A stretch of 64,000 bases of DNA from an uncultured Gemmatimonadales bacterium (GCA_963783305.1 CAWAMW010000007.1:192001-256000), one strand, 5' to 3'; positions 51,298 to 61,016 are shown, numbered from the stretch's first letter. The notes: a model not told the origin generated them from the sequence alone. A program made the numbers and translations.

Positions 51298-51834
51298 ATG
51301 AAGGAAGTAACCGTGCAGAGCCTCGGCCTCGACCGTAGCTCGAACACCCCCGTCGTCATCCTGCAGGAGAAGGACGGGTCCCGTGTGCTGCCCATCTGGA
51401 TCGGTCCGGGGGAGGCGAGCGCCATCGCGATGGAGCTGGCGGGTATGAACTTCTCACGGCCGCTCACGCACGACCTCATGACGTCGGCCATCCGCGGGCT
51501 CGGCGGCTCGCTCACCCGCGTGCTCATCACTCGGGTGGTGGACAATACGTACTACGCAGAGATGATCATCGCGCGTGACGGCGAGTACTTCAGCCTGGAT
51601 GCCCGGCCTTCAGACTCCATCGCCATGGCCCTTCGGATGGATGCGACCATCTACACGAGCGACGACCTCCTCGAGGACACGTCCATCGAGATCTCGGAGA
51701 ACGCCGACTTCGACGACGAGCCCATCGACCTGGAGTCCGAGCTCTCGGGCGAGGAGGAGGAGCCGCCGCCGGAGGATCTTAAGGAGTACCTGCGGCGGCT
51801 CCACCCTGAGGACTTCGGGCGGTTCACGCCGTGA
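51298..51834 (+). CDS. Bifunctional nuclease (DUF151) family protein
   Basis: LPIWIG..EA, RPLTHDL, DARPSDSIA. Confidence 0.88.
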   Translation: MKEVTVQSLGLDRSSNTPVVILQEKDGSRVLPIWIGPGEASAIAMELAGMNFSRPLTHDLMTSAIRGLGGSLTRVLITRVVDNTYYAEMIIARDGEYFSLDARPSDSIAMALRMDATIYTSDDLLEDTSIEISENADFDDEPIDLESELSGEEEEPPPEDLKEYLRRLHPEDFGRFTP

Positions 51835-52550
51835 TTCACGCCACCCCGTCCGCCCGTGCCGGACGCCTTCTGCGGATCCCGGTGCTGGCCCTGCTGGCTC
51901 TCCTCCCGGCCCTGGCCGGTCCGACGCCCGGTCATGCCCAGGAGCTTACGGGAGTGGCCCTCGGGCCCGATGGGACGCCACTCGCGGACACTCCCGTGGT
52001 CCTGCACCGCGTGGGCGAAGGCGGCGCCGGCTTCATCTCCACCGACACCACCAATGCCGAGGGTGCGTTCCGTTTTGTCCTGGAGGGCGGCGGCGGAGAT
52101 ATCTACTTCGCTGCGCTGCGGTACGAGGGCGGCATGTACATCGGCCCCGCCGTGCAGGCCGGAGGGGAGCCGGTCGCGGGCTACACCCTGCGGGTGGAGC
52201 CAGGAAGCGAGGCGGGCGCCGTGGCCTCCGCCCTGGCCCGGCCGGGCCCGATGCCCGTCGCCGCCCGGCCGTCTGCGCAGACCCGTGCCGCAGGCCGGGC
52301 CGGATCCGACCTGGGCGCGCTCCTCCTGGTGGGACTGCTGGCGATGGCCGCGGCGGCTGCGTTCGTCTACGCGGCGCCCCGCTACCGGGAGCGTCGTACC
52401 CGCGATGCGCTCATCCAGCTGGCCGAGGCGGAGAACGCGCTGGAGGGGACCGGCGAGACCCTTCAGGGCGACGAGGCGAGCGCGCGGGATCGAGCGCATC
52501 TGGAGAGCCAGCGAGCCCGGCTGAGGAAGCAGCTGGCGCCCCGGAGCTGA
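51831..52550 (+). CDS. Hypothetical membrane-anchored exported protein
   Basis: Signal peptide, beta-rich (carboxypeptidase-regulatory-like) domain, one TM helix, cytoplasmic coiled coil. Confidence 0.65.
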   Translation: MIHATPSARAGRLLRIPVLALLALLPALAGPTPGHAQELTGVALGPDGTPLADTPVVLHRVGEGGAGFISTDTTNAEGAFRFVLEGGGGDIYFAALRYEGGMYIGPAVQAGGEPVAGYTLRVEPGSEAGAVASALARPGPMPVAARPSAQTRAAGRAGSDLGALLLVGLLAMAAAAAFVYAAPRYRERRTRDALIQLAEAENALEGTGETLQGDEASARDRAHLESQRARLRKQLAPRS

Positions 52551-52551
52551 C

Positions 52552-53301
52552 ATGCCGCTGGTGACGGTGGACTCGATCGTCCTCCAGGCGTTCCCTTACA
52601 GCGAGACCAGCAAGATCCTCCGGCTGCTGACGGGTCCGCACGGGGTGCAGAGCGTGATCGCGAAGGGTGCCCGCCGGGCGAAGAGCCGCTATGGCGGGAT
52701 CCTCGAGCCGTTCACGGACGGGTCGGCCTCGTTCTACCTGAAGTCGAACCGCGACCTGCACACCCTCCGGGAGTTCGAGCTCCAGCGGCCCCGGCAGGAA
52801 TTGGGGCGCGACCTGGTGCGGTTCGGCGCCGCCTCGCTCATCGCGGAGGTCGTGCTCAGAACGGCCAGTGACCAGGAATCGCCGGAGCTCTTTCAGACGG
52901 TCCGAGCCGCGTTGAATGACCTCCAGTCCGTTCCCGCCGGACAGCTCGAGGCGGTCGCTCTTGCGCATACCTGGACTCTGATCACGATCCTCGGATTCGG
53001 GCCGGCGGTGGACCACTGCGTCCACTGCGGTGGGCCGCTTCCGGAACTGGGGGACCTCTACTTCGATTACGGCGCGGGCGGCTCACTCTGTGGCGAGTGC
53101 GGCGGCGGCGGAGGGGCCGGCCGCGTGCTGCCACAGCGCGCGCGCAGGGACCTGGTCGGGCTGTGCGAAGGACGGATCATGGAGCTGGACCGTACGGCCG
53201 CCCACTGGCAGTTGCTCGCCCGGTTCCTCACCTATCACCTCGTGGACGTGGGCGCGCTCCACTCCCTCGACTTCCTGGCGGCCGCCGTGGCTTCGGAATG
53301 A
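52552..53301 (+). CDS. recO: DNA repair protein RecO
   Basis: YSETSKI..LT..HG, AKGARR, CVHC/CGEC Zn finger. Confidence 0.92.
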   Translation: MPLVTVDSIVLQAFPYSETSKILRLLTGPHGVQSVIAKGARRAKSRYGGILEPFTDGSASFYLKSNRDLHTLREFELQRPRQELGRDLVRFGAASLIAEVVLRTASDQESPELFQTVRAALNDLQSVPAGQLEAVALAHTWTLITILGFGPAVDHCVHCGGPLPELGDLYFDYGAGGSLCGECGGGGGAGRVLPQRARRDLVGLCEGRIMELDRTAAHWQLLARFLTYHLVDVGALHSLDFLAAAVASE

Positions 53302-55166
53302 AGGGGATCATCGGCACGGCCGGACACATCGACCACGGGAAGACAGCGCTCATTGGTGCCTTGACGGGCGAGCGGACGGATCGACTGCCCGAGGAACAGC
53401 GTCGCGGGATCAGCATCGATCTGGGGTTCAGCCAGTTGGATCTGGACGGTGGGCGCCTGGGCGTCGTGGATGTGCCGGGGCACGAGGACTTCATCCGGAA
53501 CATGCTCGCCGGCGCCACCGGAATCGATGTTCTGCTGCTGGTGGTGGCCGCCGATGAAGGGGTCATGCCCCAGACGCGGGAGCACACCGCCATCGCCGAG
53601 CTCCTGGGGGTGGAGCGGGCGGTGGTAGCGCTCACGAAGGTCGATCTGGTGGACGACGACTGGCTCGGGCTCGTCCACGATGACGTCGCCGGATTCCTCG
53701 CCGACACCCCCTTCGCGGGGGCGCCCATGGTGACCACCTCCGCGACCACGGGTACAGGACTCGACGAGCTGCGAGAGACCATCGGCCGCGTGTTCCGGGG
53801 CGCCCGGGGCCACGCCGACGACCTGTTCCGGCTCCCGGTGGACCGGGCGTTCACGGTGCGCGGCACGGGCACCGTGGTGACGGGCACCGTGTGGAGCGGC
53901 CGTCTCGGCCGCGACGCGACCGTCCGCCTGCTGCCGGACGGACCCGACGCTCGCGTCCGCTCCCTTCAGGTCCACGGTCACGATGTGGACCGGGTGGAGG
54001 CCGGCGAGCGTGCGGCGATCGCCCTGGCCGGGATCGACCGCGACGAAGTGGAGCGGGGGATGACCCTGGTTGCGGAGCCCGGGTGGGATCCGGGGCATAT
54101 CCTCACGGTGCGGCTGCGGGTGCTCCCCGGCAGCGCGTGGAGCATCGAGGACCGGCAGCGGGTGCGTGTGCACCTCGGCACCGCCGAGGTCATGGCGCGA
54201 GCCGTCCTCGTGGACGGTCAGCGGGCGCTCGGGCCGGGCGGCGAGGGGTGGGCACAGCTGCGGCTCGAGGCGCCCCTTCTGGCCCGGGCCCGCGACCGCC
54301 TCGTGATCCGGTCCTATTCGCCCGTCACCACCATCGGCGGTGGCATCGTGGTGGAGCCCTCCGCGCCCCGCCGCAGCCATCTGTCCGACGCCGACGGCTC
54401 TCTGCTGCGGTCGCTGCTGGAGGGGGAGCCGGTGAGCGCCGTTCGCGCGCTGCTCGGCGCTGCCGGCGCGGCGGGCCTGGAGACCGCGCCGATCCCTGTG
54501 CTCACGGGTGCCCGTCCCGCTGTGGCGGCCAGCGCACTTCAGAACGCGGTCCGGGTGGGCGGGCGGGTGTACTCGGATGGGTCCCTCGATCGCGTTCGGC
54601 AGTGGCTGGTGGAGGAACTGGCGCGGTACCACGAGCGGCGCCGGCTCGACCCGGGGATGGATCCGGAGGCGCTCCGCCGCGCGTGCGCGGGGGCTGATCC
54701 CGCACTCGTGCAGCATGCGTTGGACGACCTGCTGGGAACGGGCGTCATGGAGTCGCGCGGGGGGCGGGTCGCTCTCGCGGAGTGGCGGGTCACGCTGTCG
54801 GACGACGAGGCGGCACTACGGGACCGGGTGATCACGGCGCTGGTCGACGCCGGGGCCGCGCCGCCGAGGCTGGACGAGCTCTCCGCGGCGCTGGGCGAGC
54901 CGCCCGAGATGGAAGCGATCGTCGGGCTCCTGGAGCGGGAGGGCCGCCTGGTGCGGCTCGAGCACGACCTGTTCGTGGACGCCACGGCGGTGGAGCGGCT
55001 GGTGGCGGCCGTCCGCGGCCGGTTCGCCGGCCGGTCGGACCTCAGTCCGGCCGATTTCCGTGAGGTGGTGGATGTCTCGCGGCGCCATCTCATGCCACTG
55101 CTGGCGTACCTGGACGCGGAGGGCGTCACGGTCCGGGGGGGAGACGGCCGGGCGGTGGTCGCATAG
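53298..55166 (+). CDS. selB: Selenocysteine-specific elongation factor
   Basis: GTAGHIDHGKT, DRLPEE..RGISIDLGF, DVPGHE, C-terminal winged-helix SRRHLMPLL.YLD. Confidence 0.93.
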   Translation: MKGIIGTAGHIDHGKTALIGALTGERTDRLPEEQRRGISIDLGFSQLDLDGGRLGVVDVPGHEDFIRNMLAGATGIDVLLLVVAADEGVMPQTREHTAIAELLGVERAVVALTKVDLVDDDWLGLVHDDVAGFLADTPFAGAPMVTTSATTGTGLDELRETIGRVFRGARGHADDLFRLPVDRAFTVRGTGTVVTGTVWSGRLGRDATVRLLPDGPDARVRSLQVHGHDVDRVEAGERAAIALAGIDRDEVERGMTLVAEPGWDPGHILTVRLRVLPGSAWSIEDRQRVRVHLGTAEVMARAVLVDGQRALGPGGEGWAQLRLEAPLLARARDRLVIRSYSPVTTIGGGIVVEPSAPRRSHLSDADGSLLRSLLEGEPVSAVRALLGAAGAAGLETAPIPVLTGARPAVAASALQNAVRVGGRVYSDGSLDRVRQWLVEELARYHERRRLDPGMDPEALRRACAGADPALVQHALDDLLGTGVMESRGGRVALAEWRVTLSDDEAALRDRVITALVDAGAAPPRLDELSAALGEPPEMEAIVGLLEREGRLVRLEHDLFVDATAVERLVAAVRGRFAGRSDLSPADFREVVDVSRRHLMPLLAYLDAEGVTVRGGDGRAVVA

Positions 55167-55324
55167 GTCGGGTGCGGGTCTTGCACGGCAACTCGGCGCG
55201 GACCGGCCTTGACCACGGTGCGGGCGCCGCCGTAGTATGCAATACCGAATTCCACCAGGATCATTCGATCTGGAGGGCGATCGAACACTCTGTTACAGCA
55301 CAGCTGGATCGTGCGGAGAGGGCC

Positions 55325-55774
55325 ATGAGACGCCTCGCTTGGATTGGCGTCTTCTTCCTGGTACTCCTCGCGCTCCCCCCCCAAATGGTGGCTGCGCAGG
55401 ATACCGGGAGAGACGCAAACCCGGCCACCGATTCCGGCTTCGAGTTACAGCAGAATTATCCGAATCCGTTCAACCCCACGACCCGGATTCCCTTCGCGTT
55501 GCAGCCCAGCCTCTTCGCGGACGGTCGGCCGGTGGTGGTCACCATGCGGATCTTCAATGTTCTGCAGCAGCTCGTAGCTTTTCCCACGGCGTTGAACCAC
55601 CCCATGGGAAACGGGATGCCGGTCAGAGAGCTTACATACGAGTCGCCCGGCCAGAAGGAAGCCTTCTGGGACGGTACCGACCTGAACGGCCGCCAGGTCG
55701 CCTCGGGGATATACTATCTCCAGGTGATCGTGAACGGGCAACGACGCGTCATGCCGATGATCGTGTCGAAATAG
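55325..55774 (+). CDS. Small exported protein made of one FlgD-Ig / 'T9SS type A sorting'-like domain
   Basis: Signal peptide (VAA-Q), LQQNYPNPFNP, IFNVL, WDG.D..G..VASGIY. Confidence 0.75.
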   Translation: MRRLAWIGVFFLVLLALPPQMVAAQDTGRDANPATDSGFELQQNYPNPFNPTTRIPFALQPSLFADGRPVVVTMRIFNVLQQLVAFPTALNHPMGNGMPVRELTYESPGQKEAFWDGTDLNGRQVASGIYYLQVIVNGQRRVMPMIVSK

Positions 55775-55822
55775 CCCGCGGCTCGCGGCGTCCGTCGAGG
55801 TCGAACGGAGGCGCAGAATGCC

Positions 55823-55860
55823 GAAGTGCCCTTCTCCGGAGCGGGGAAGGGCACTTCTTT
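55823..55860. terminator. Terminator hairpin between convergent genes
   Basis: GAAGTGCCCTTCTCCG...CGGGGAAGGGCACTTC-TTT. Confidence 0.75.
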
Positions 55861-55937
55861 GCAATGGTGCGGTCGGTCGGGCCGGGCGGGTGCCCGGAAG
55901 CGGGGCGCTGGCGGCCCGCACTCCATCGCCCGTTCGG

Positions 55938-56297
55938 CTACTGTATGAAGTAGAGGAACCGACCGCAGTGGGGACACGAGTTGAGTGCCCTCCGCTGCTC
56001 CGGATCGGAGGCGATGGCGGTGGCGACCGCAACGAAGCACCCATAGCAGGTACCGTTGATGGCCGGCACCACGACGCGGTTGAGGCTGCCGGCGAGCCGC
56101 TTGTACCGGCTGCTCGTCTGCGGGTCGAGCTCTCCCTCCACCTCGGCGATCTTCTCATCGAGCTGGACGACCGCCTGTTCGATGTCCAGCCCGAACTCCT
56201 CGGCCTGGACCTGCGAACCCGCGTCCTCCTGGAGGAGCTCACGCCGCTGGGCCTTCAGATCCTGGATCTGGAGCAGAATCTCTAGCTGGGGGTTCAT
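55938..56297 (-). CDS. C4-type zinc-ribbon protein (short DUF164-like)
   Basis: CYGC...CPHCGRFLY with a short coiled-coil N-terminus. Confidence 0.8.
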   Translation of the reverse strand: MNPQLEILLQIQDLKAQRRELLQEDAGSQVQAEEFGLDIEQAVVQLDEKIAEVEGELDPQTSSRYKRLAGSLNRVVVPAINGTCYGCFVAVATAIASDPEQRRALNSCPHCGRFLYFIQ

Positions 56298-56306
56298 GGA
56301 TCGCTC

Positions 56307-56759
56307 CTAGATCGACTTCTCTTCGAGGAGGGCCAGGAAGTCCTTGGAGGCCTGGATCTCACCCAGGCGCTGGGGGACGTCCGGCTCCTTGGCGAACTGC
56401 GCGATCTTCCCCAGGACGGGCAGGTACTGGTTGCTGACCTCCAGCGGGGGCGCCACGATCAGGAAAAAGTGGTGCACGGGCTCGTCGTCAATGGCGTTGT
56501 AGTCGACGCCCGCCGGCTTGCGACCGAACGCGATCCGGAGCCGGTTGACGACCAGCGATCGGCAGTGGGGGATCGCGATCCCGCGACCGATCCCGGTGGA
56601 GCCGAGGTTCTCGCGTCGCTTGAGCATCTTGAAGAGGATGCCTTCGCTCTTTTCGTCGAGGGCCAGGAGGGCGATCAGCTCCTTGAGGATCTCGTCCTTG
56701 GTCTCGCCCTTCAGGTCCAGCTCGACGACGTCTGTATCGAAAAAGTCTCGCAATATCAT
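56307..56759 (-). CDS. PTS EIIA (Ntr/fructose-type)
   Basis: RENLGSTGIG.GIAIPH; AGGAG RBS 7 nt before ATG 56759. Confidence 0.88.
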   Translation of the reverse strand: MILRDFFDTDVVELDLKGETKDEILKELIALLALDEKSEGILFKMLKRRENLGSTGIGRGIAIPHCRSLVVNRLRIAFGRKPAGVDYNAIDDEPVHHFFLIVAPPLEVSNQYLPVLGKIAQFAKEPDVPQRLGEIQASKDFLALLEEKSI

Positions 56760-56873
56760 TTCATATCTCCTGTGCCGCGTGAGAGCGCGGAAACATAAGG
56801 ACACGTGGAAACAGTGTCAAAGCGCGGGGCTGGCTTGATTGAACGACTTTTCCTCCCCTGTTAGATTCGTGCC

Positions 56874-57878
56874 ATGGACGCCCTCACTCGCCTGTTCGAC
56901 AGGGAACGCACCCCGCTGTATCTCGCGCCGCAGGCGGGCGTGAGCGAATCGCCCTTCCGGCGGCTCTGCCGCGGCTTCGGGGCGGACGTGGTGGTGAGCG
57001 AGTTCGTGAGCGCGGAGGGGCTGCGTCGGGGCAGCGGCCGGACGCACGAGTATCTGCGCTTCGAGGAGGCTGAGCGGCCCATCGGCGTGCAGATCTTTGG
57101 CGGTGACCCGGGCGCCATGGCAGAGGCGGCGGCGCTTGTCGAGGAGTTGTACGCCCCCGATTTCCTCGACATCAACTTCGGCTGTCCGGTCAAGAAGGTG
57201 GTGAAGCGGAACGGTGGATCCGGGTGCCTGCGGGACCTGGACCTGGTGCAGTCGATCATCCGCGCGGTGTCCGACGCCATCCAGATTCCGACCACGGTCA
57301 AGATCCGGAGCGGCTGGAGCGAGGAGCTGCGCGACCCGGTGGCGATCGCGCTGCGCTGTCAGGAGGCGGGGGCCCGGGTGCTCACGCTGCACGCCCGGAC
57401 GCGGACCCAGATGTACTCGGGAGAAGCTGACTGGTGTGAGATCCGGGACGTGGTCGAGGCGCTGGAGATCCCGGTCGTGGGCAACGGCGACGTACGGAGC
57501 GGCGAGGATGCGCTGCGCATGCGCGAGGAGACCGGGTGCGCCGGGATCATGATTGCCCGCGCGTCCCACGGTCGACCGTGGATCTTCCGCCAGGCGCGGG
57601 CGGCGCTGGACGGTCAACCGATCCCGGCGGACCCCGGTGTCGAGGAGCGGTTCCAGATTGCGCTGGAGCACGCTCGCAATGCGATCGCGTTCGAGCGGGA
57701 CGAGCGCCGCGCGATGCTGGAGTTCCGGAAGCACCTGGGGTGGTACACGAAGGGGCTGCCCGACGGTCGCACGCTGCGCCAGGAGCTCTTCCAGGTCACC
57801 TCTCTGGAGGACGTGCGGGACCGCCTGGCGGGATACGCGGGCCTGACGGAGTCCGAGTCGGAGTCCATCGCCGCGTGA
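56874..57878 (+). CDS. dusB: tRNA-dihydrouridine synthase B
   Basis: LAP.AG, QIFG, DINFGCP, VKIRSGW, HART, GNGD. Confidence 0.9.
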   Translation: MDALTRLFDRERTPLYLAPQAGVSESPFRRLCRGFGADVVVSEFVSAEGLRRGSGRTHEYLRFEEAERPIGVQIFGGDPGAMAEAAALVEELYAPDFLDINFGCPVKKVVKRNGGSGCLRDLDLVQSIIRAVSDAIQIPTTVKIRSGWSEELRDPVAIALRCQEAGARVLTLHARTRTQMYSGEADWCEIRDVVEALEIPVVGNGDVRSGEDALRMREETGCAGIMIARASHGRPWIFRQARAALDGQPIPADPGVEERFQIALEHARNAIAFERDERRAMLEFRKHLGWYTKGLPDGRTLRQELFQVTSLEDVRDRLAGYAGLTESESESIAA

Positions 57879-58657
57879 AGGACCGCGTCCTCGATCTCCT
57901 GGCGCGCGTGGCCGCGGGGCAGGCCTCGCCCACGGAGGCGCTGGAGCGGCTGTCCTGGCTGCCGATGGAGGAAGTGGGGGAGGACGGCGCCGCTCCCTTC
58001 GCCCGACTCGACCACCACCGCGCGCTTCGGCAGGGGCATCCGGAAGTGGTCTTCGGGCCGGGGAAGACGCAGCCGCAGCTCCTGGAGATCTGCCGTCGAT
58101 TCCATGACCGGGGGGAGGGGTTTCTGGTCACCCGGCTGGAGGCCGCGGACCTGGACGCGCTTTCTGCAGAGTTCTCCGGCGGCTCGGCGAGCCACGAGGG
58201 GCGCACCTTTCACATGCCGCGACCGGATGCCCCGCCCCCTTCCGGGCTCGGGACGGTACTCGTCGTGAGCGGTGGGACGGGGGACGTACCCGTGGCTGAA
58301 GAGGCGGCGGTCACGGCCGGCGCGTTCGGCAACCCCGTGGACCGGCTGTACAATGTGGGGGTCGCGGGGATCCACCGCGTCCTCGGCGAGGCGGCGCGGC
58401 TGCGGGAGGCAGCGGTCGTGATCGTCGTGGCCGGTATGGAGGGAGCGCTGCCCTCGGTGGTGGGCGGGATGGTGGGCGCCCCCGTCATTGCTGTTCCCAC
58501 CAGTGTGGGCTACGGCGCCGCGTTCGGCGGAATCGCAGCGCTGCTGGGCATGCTCAACAGCTGCGCGGCCGGCGTCACGGTCGTCAACATCGACAACGGC
58601 TTCGGCGCCGCCGTGGCCGCGACCCGCATCAACCAGGCGGCCGGGACCGGTCGGTGA
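57875..58657 (+). CDS. larB: Nickel-pincer cofactor biosynthesis protein LarB (PurE-like)
   Basis: DHHR..R.G.PE, AGMEGALPSVV, VPTSVGYG, VNIDNGFGA. Confidence 0.88.
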   Translation: MKDRVLDLLARVAAGQASPTEALERLSWLPMEEVGEDGAAPFARLDHHRALRQGHPEVVFGPGKTQPQLLEICRRFHDRGEGFLVTRLEAADLDALSAEFSGGSASHEGRTFHMPRPDAPPPSGLGTVLVVSGGTGDVPVAEEAAVTAGAFGNPVDRLYNVGVAGIHRVLGEAARLREAAVVIVVAGMEGALPSVVGGMVGAPVIAVPTSVGYGAAFGGIAALLGMLNSCAAGVTVVNIDNGFGAAVAATRINQAAGTGR

Positions 58658-60408
58658 ACATCGGGCGCCGTTCCCTCGTCCTGCCGGCGGTTCTCGTGGC
58701 CGGCTGGGGGCTGTTTTCCGTCCCGCACGGCCTCACCGGGCTGGACCTGCTTGCGGGGCTGGCCGCGGCGGGCGTCGGAATCTTCGCCGGAACCCTGTGG
58801 CCGCGGCTGCACGATGGCGCGCGCCGCTCCCTGGCCATCACTGAAGACCTCCTGGGAGACGAGGAGACGCCGGTCTCGACGTCGGTCGACCCCGATGCCC
58901 GCGGGACTCCCGAGGGGGGCGGGGCAGAACCGGTCGATGAAGACCATCGGAGACTCGATCCGCACGCCGCTCCGGACAGCATGGCCGCCGTCCTGGGTCA
59001 CCTGCGGCAGCTCCTGGGCGCCACCCGTCTGGTAGTATGGCGGGTGGACCGGGCTGCGGACGTGGTCGAGCCGGAGCACGCGGCGGGTGGGCCGCTTCCT
59101 CCCGGTACGCCCGCCGCCGGCAGTCCCCTGGTGTGGGCGATGGAGGAGCGGAGCACGCTCCGCCTCGAGGCCGCTCCCCGCTGGGCGGATGGGCCCGTGA
59201 TGGCCGTTCCCGTGGTGGACGGCCGGGTGCTCACGCTCGAGCTGCCCCTGGGCGAGATCGCGGCGGGCAGCGGACCGGATGCGGGCGCCGTCGATTTCGC
59301 TTCGGGCGTACTCGGCCCTTTCCTCCGGCTGCATGACCAGCAGAACCGGGCCGTGGCCGCCACTCTGAGGTTCGATCGATTGGTGGACTTTCTTCGATCG
59401 GTCTCCAGCGAGAACGAGTCCTCCGCCGCGCCCGCTGCGCTGGCCCGGGCCGCCCTCGAGATCGCCGGCGGCGTGGGCGCTCTGGTGGCCACGTGGGAGG
59501 GCGACGCCGGCGTGGTGCTGGTGACCGAGGGCGCGGGAGGGGGCCCGCGCCCCGGAAGGCGGTTCGCCGTTCTCGATGGGGATCTCGCCCACGCGGCGCG
59601 GACCCGCGCAACGGTTCGACGGGAGCCGGGCGAGCCCCAGCGGCCGGACCTGGCGGGCCCCGATGAGCGGTGGGAACGTGGGAGCGCGTCGTACCGGACC
59701 GTCGTACCCCTCGTCGAACCCCGGGGTGAGACAGCGGGCCTCCTGGCCTTGTGGGGCACGACGCCCCCCGCCGAGCAGGGGATCGCGCTGCTCGAAGCGA
59801 TCGCGCCCCTTCTGGCCCTGCAGATCCGCCAGGCGGATGACCTGGAGCACTACCGGCTGCGCGCTTCGGAGGATCCCCTGACCGCCCTCGCGAACCGCGC
59901 GGCGCTCGAGGACCGCATGGTCGACGAGCGGGCGCGATTCCACCGCTACCGCCGGCCGCTGTCGCTGCTCGTGGTGGACCTCGACCGCTTCAAGGCCGTC
60001 AATGACACCCATGGCCACGAGGCCGGTGACGCCATCCTGCGCAGGGTCGCCGAGGCGATCCGGGGCGCGGTCCGGGACGTGGACTTCGCCGCGCGCTTCG
60101 GAGGCGAGGAGCTCGTCGTTCTTCTGCCGGAGACCATGCTGCGCGCCGCCGTGGAAGTGGCCGAGCGCGTGCGTGCCGCCGTGGAGGGAACGCCGCTGAT
60201 CTTCGAGGGCGTCCCGATCCCCGTTACAGCCTCCATCGGAGTCAGCGCCTGCCCCGAGTGCGCAGAGGATCCCGACGGCCTGTTCGCCAGCGCCGATCAG
60301 GCACTGTACGCCGCGAAAGAGAGTGGTCGCAACCGTGTGGTCGCGGCCTCCGTCGGCGTGGCGTCGGGAGGCGTCGGGGGCGAGGAATCGGGCGGGGACG
60401 GGGGTTGA
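58654..60408 (+). CDS. Membrane-anchored diguanylate cyclase (GAF-like plus GGDEF)
   Basis: N-terminal TM helices, DPLT, DLDRFKAVND.HGH, RDVD I-site followed by RFGGEEL. Confidence 0.88.
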   Translation: MNIGRRSLVLPAVLVAGWGLFSVPHGLTGLDLLAGLAAAGVGIFAGTLWPRLHDGARRSLAITEDLLGDEETPVSTSVDPDARGTPEGGGAEPVDEDHRRLDPHAAPDSMAAVLGHLRQLLGATRLVVWRVDRAADVVEPEHAAGGPLPPGTPAAGSPLVWAMEERSTLRLEAAPRWADGPVMAVPVVDGRVLTLELPLGEIAAGSGPDAGAVDFASGVLGPFLRLHDQQNRAVAATLRFDRLVDFLRSVSSENESSAAPAALARAALEIAGGVGALVATWEGDAGVVLVTEGAGGGPRPGRRFAVLDGDLAHAARTRATVRREPGEPQRPDLAGPDERWERGSASYRTVVPLVEPRGETAGLLALWGTTPPAEQGIALLEAIAPLLALQIRQADDLEHYRLRASEDPLTALANRAALEDRMVDERARFHRYRRPLSLLVVDLDRFKAVNDTHGHEAGDAILRRVAEAIRGAVRDVDFAARFGGEELVVLLPETMLRAAVEVAERVRAAVEGTPLIFEGVPIPVTASIGVSACPECAEDPDGLFASADQALYAAKESGRNRVVAASVGVASGGVGGEESGGDGG

Positions 60409-60442
60409 GCTCCAGCCCTTCCTTCGCTATACTTTCGGGTCC

Positions 60443-60813
60443 GGGGCCGACCTGGATTCGACGTGTTTAGTAAAGTCGGCGTTGCGTGCCGAGGTGTCCG
60501 TTACCTCGTAAAACAGCGGAACAACTCACAAGTGCCAACGATAACATGGCGCTGGCTGCGTAAGTAACCTAGTTACTTAGCTCGTAGCCCGTTTGGTGTG
60601 GGAGCCCGCCCGAGGCGCCCCTCCAGACGACGACTGATTCGGGCTGGCTCCTCGGTGAGGCCACCGCACCAGGAGCGAGAATTCAGAGTGGCTGGCTCGT
60701 GAACGGCCGTCCGTCGTGCCAATGATCGGGTGAGAAAAAAAGAAGGCGGACTACGCACGTAGAAGCGCTGAGGGATCTATTCGCGGACGCGGGTTCGACT
60801 CCCGCCGGCTCCA
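60443..60813 (+). ncRNA. ssrA: tmRNA, one-piece; tag ORF 60534-60563 encodes ANDNMALAA*
   Basis: 5' GGGGCCGA..GGATTCGAC, 3' GCGGGTTCGACTCCCGCCGGCTCCA with G3:U pair, tag ending LAA, TATACT -10 at 60428. Confidence 0.96.
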
Positions 60814-60889
60814 CTTGAGGAAGTAGGGCAGGGGCAAAGTACAGAAGCGGCGGAGTGAGGCGAAAAATCTCACTCCGCCGTCTCTTTGT
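60793..60889 (+). repeat. Direct repeat copy 1 (attL-like): tmRNA 3' end plus terminator
   Basis: First 34 bp identical to 62719-62752; remainder has 7 substitutions and 1 indel relative to copy 2. Confidence 0.93.
60847..60887 (+). terminator. Terminator downstream of ssrA
   Basis: GCGGCGGAGTGAG-loop-CTCACTCCGCCGT-CTCTTT. Confidence 0.8.
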
Positions 60890-60960
60890 ACAGGACACCC
60901 ACCCTCTGTCAGCGCCAGGAGCAGAGCACCCGAGGACAGGTGATCGCTGCGGAGTGGCGT

Positions 60961-61006
60961 GTTGTGATTACTCGTTATATCTTGTCAAAAAACGTGTAAC
61001 CACAAC
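60961..61006. promoter_or_regulatory. Inverted-repeat operator upstream of abiEi
   Basis: GTTGTGATTACTCGTT ... AACGTGTAACCACAAC (14/16 palindromic), AT-rich. Confidence 0.7.
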
Positions 61007-61016
61007 TCATCGACCG

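Noticed and set aside
55169..55185. GG-N10-GC spacing upstream of the CTD-like gene as a sigma54 site
   Set aside because: The -24 element lacks TGGCAC; a sigma70-like TTGACC-18-TAGTAT (55209-55238) explains the promoter better.
60855..61016. N-terminal extension of AbiEi given by the ORF track
   Set aside because: It starts inside the ssrA terminator and crosses the operator; the family-like sequence begins at ATG 61017.
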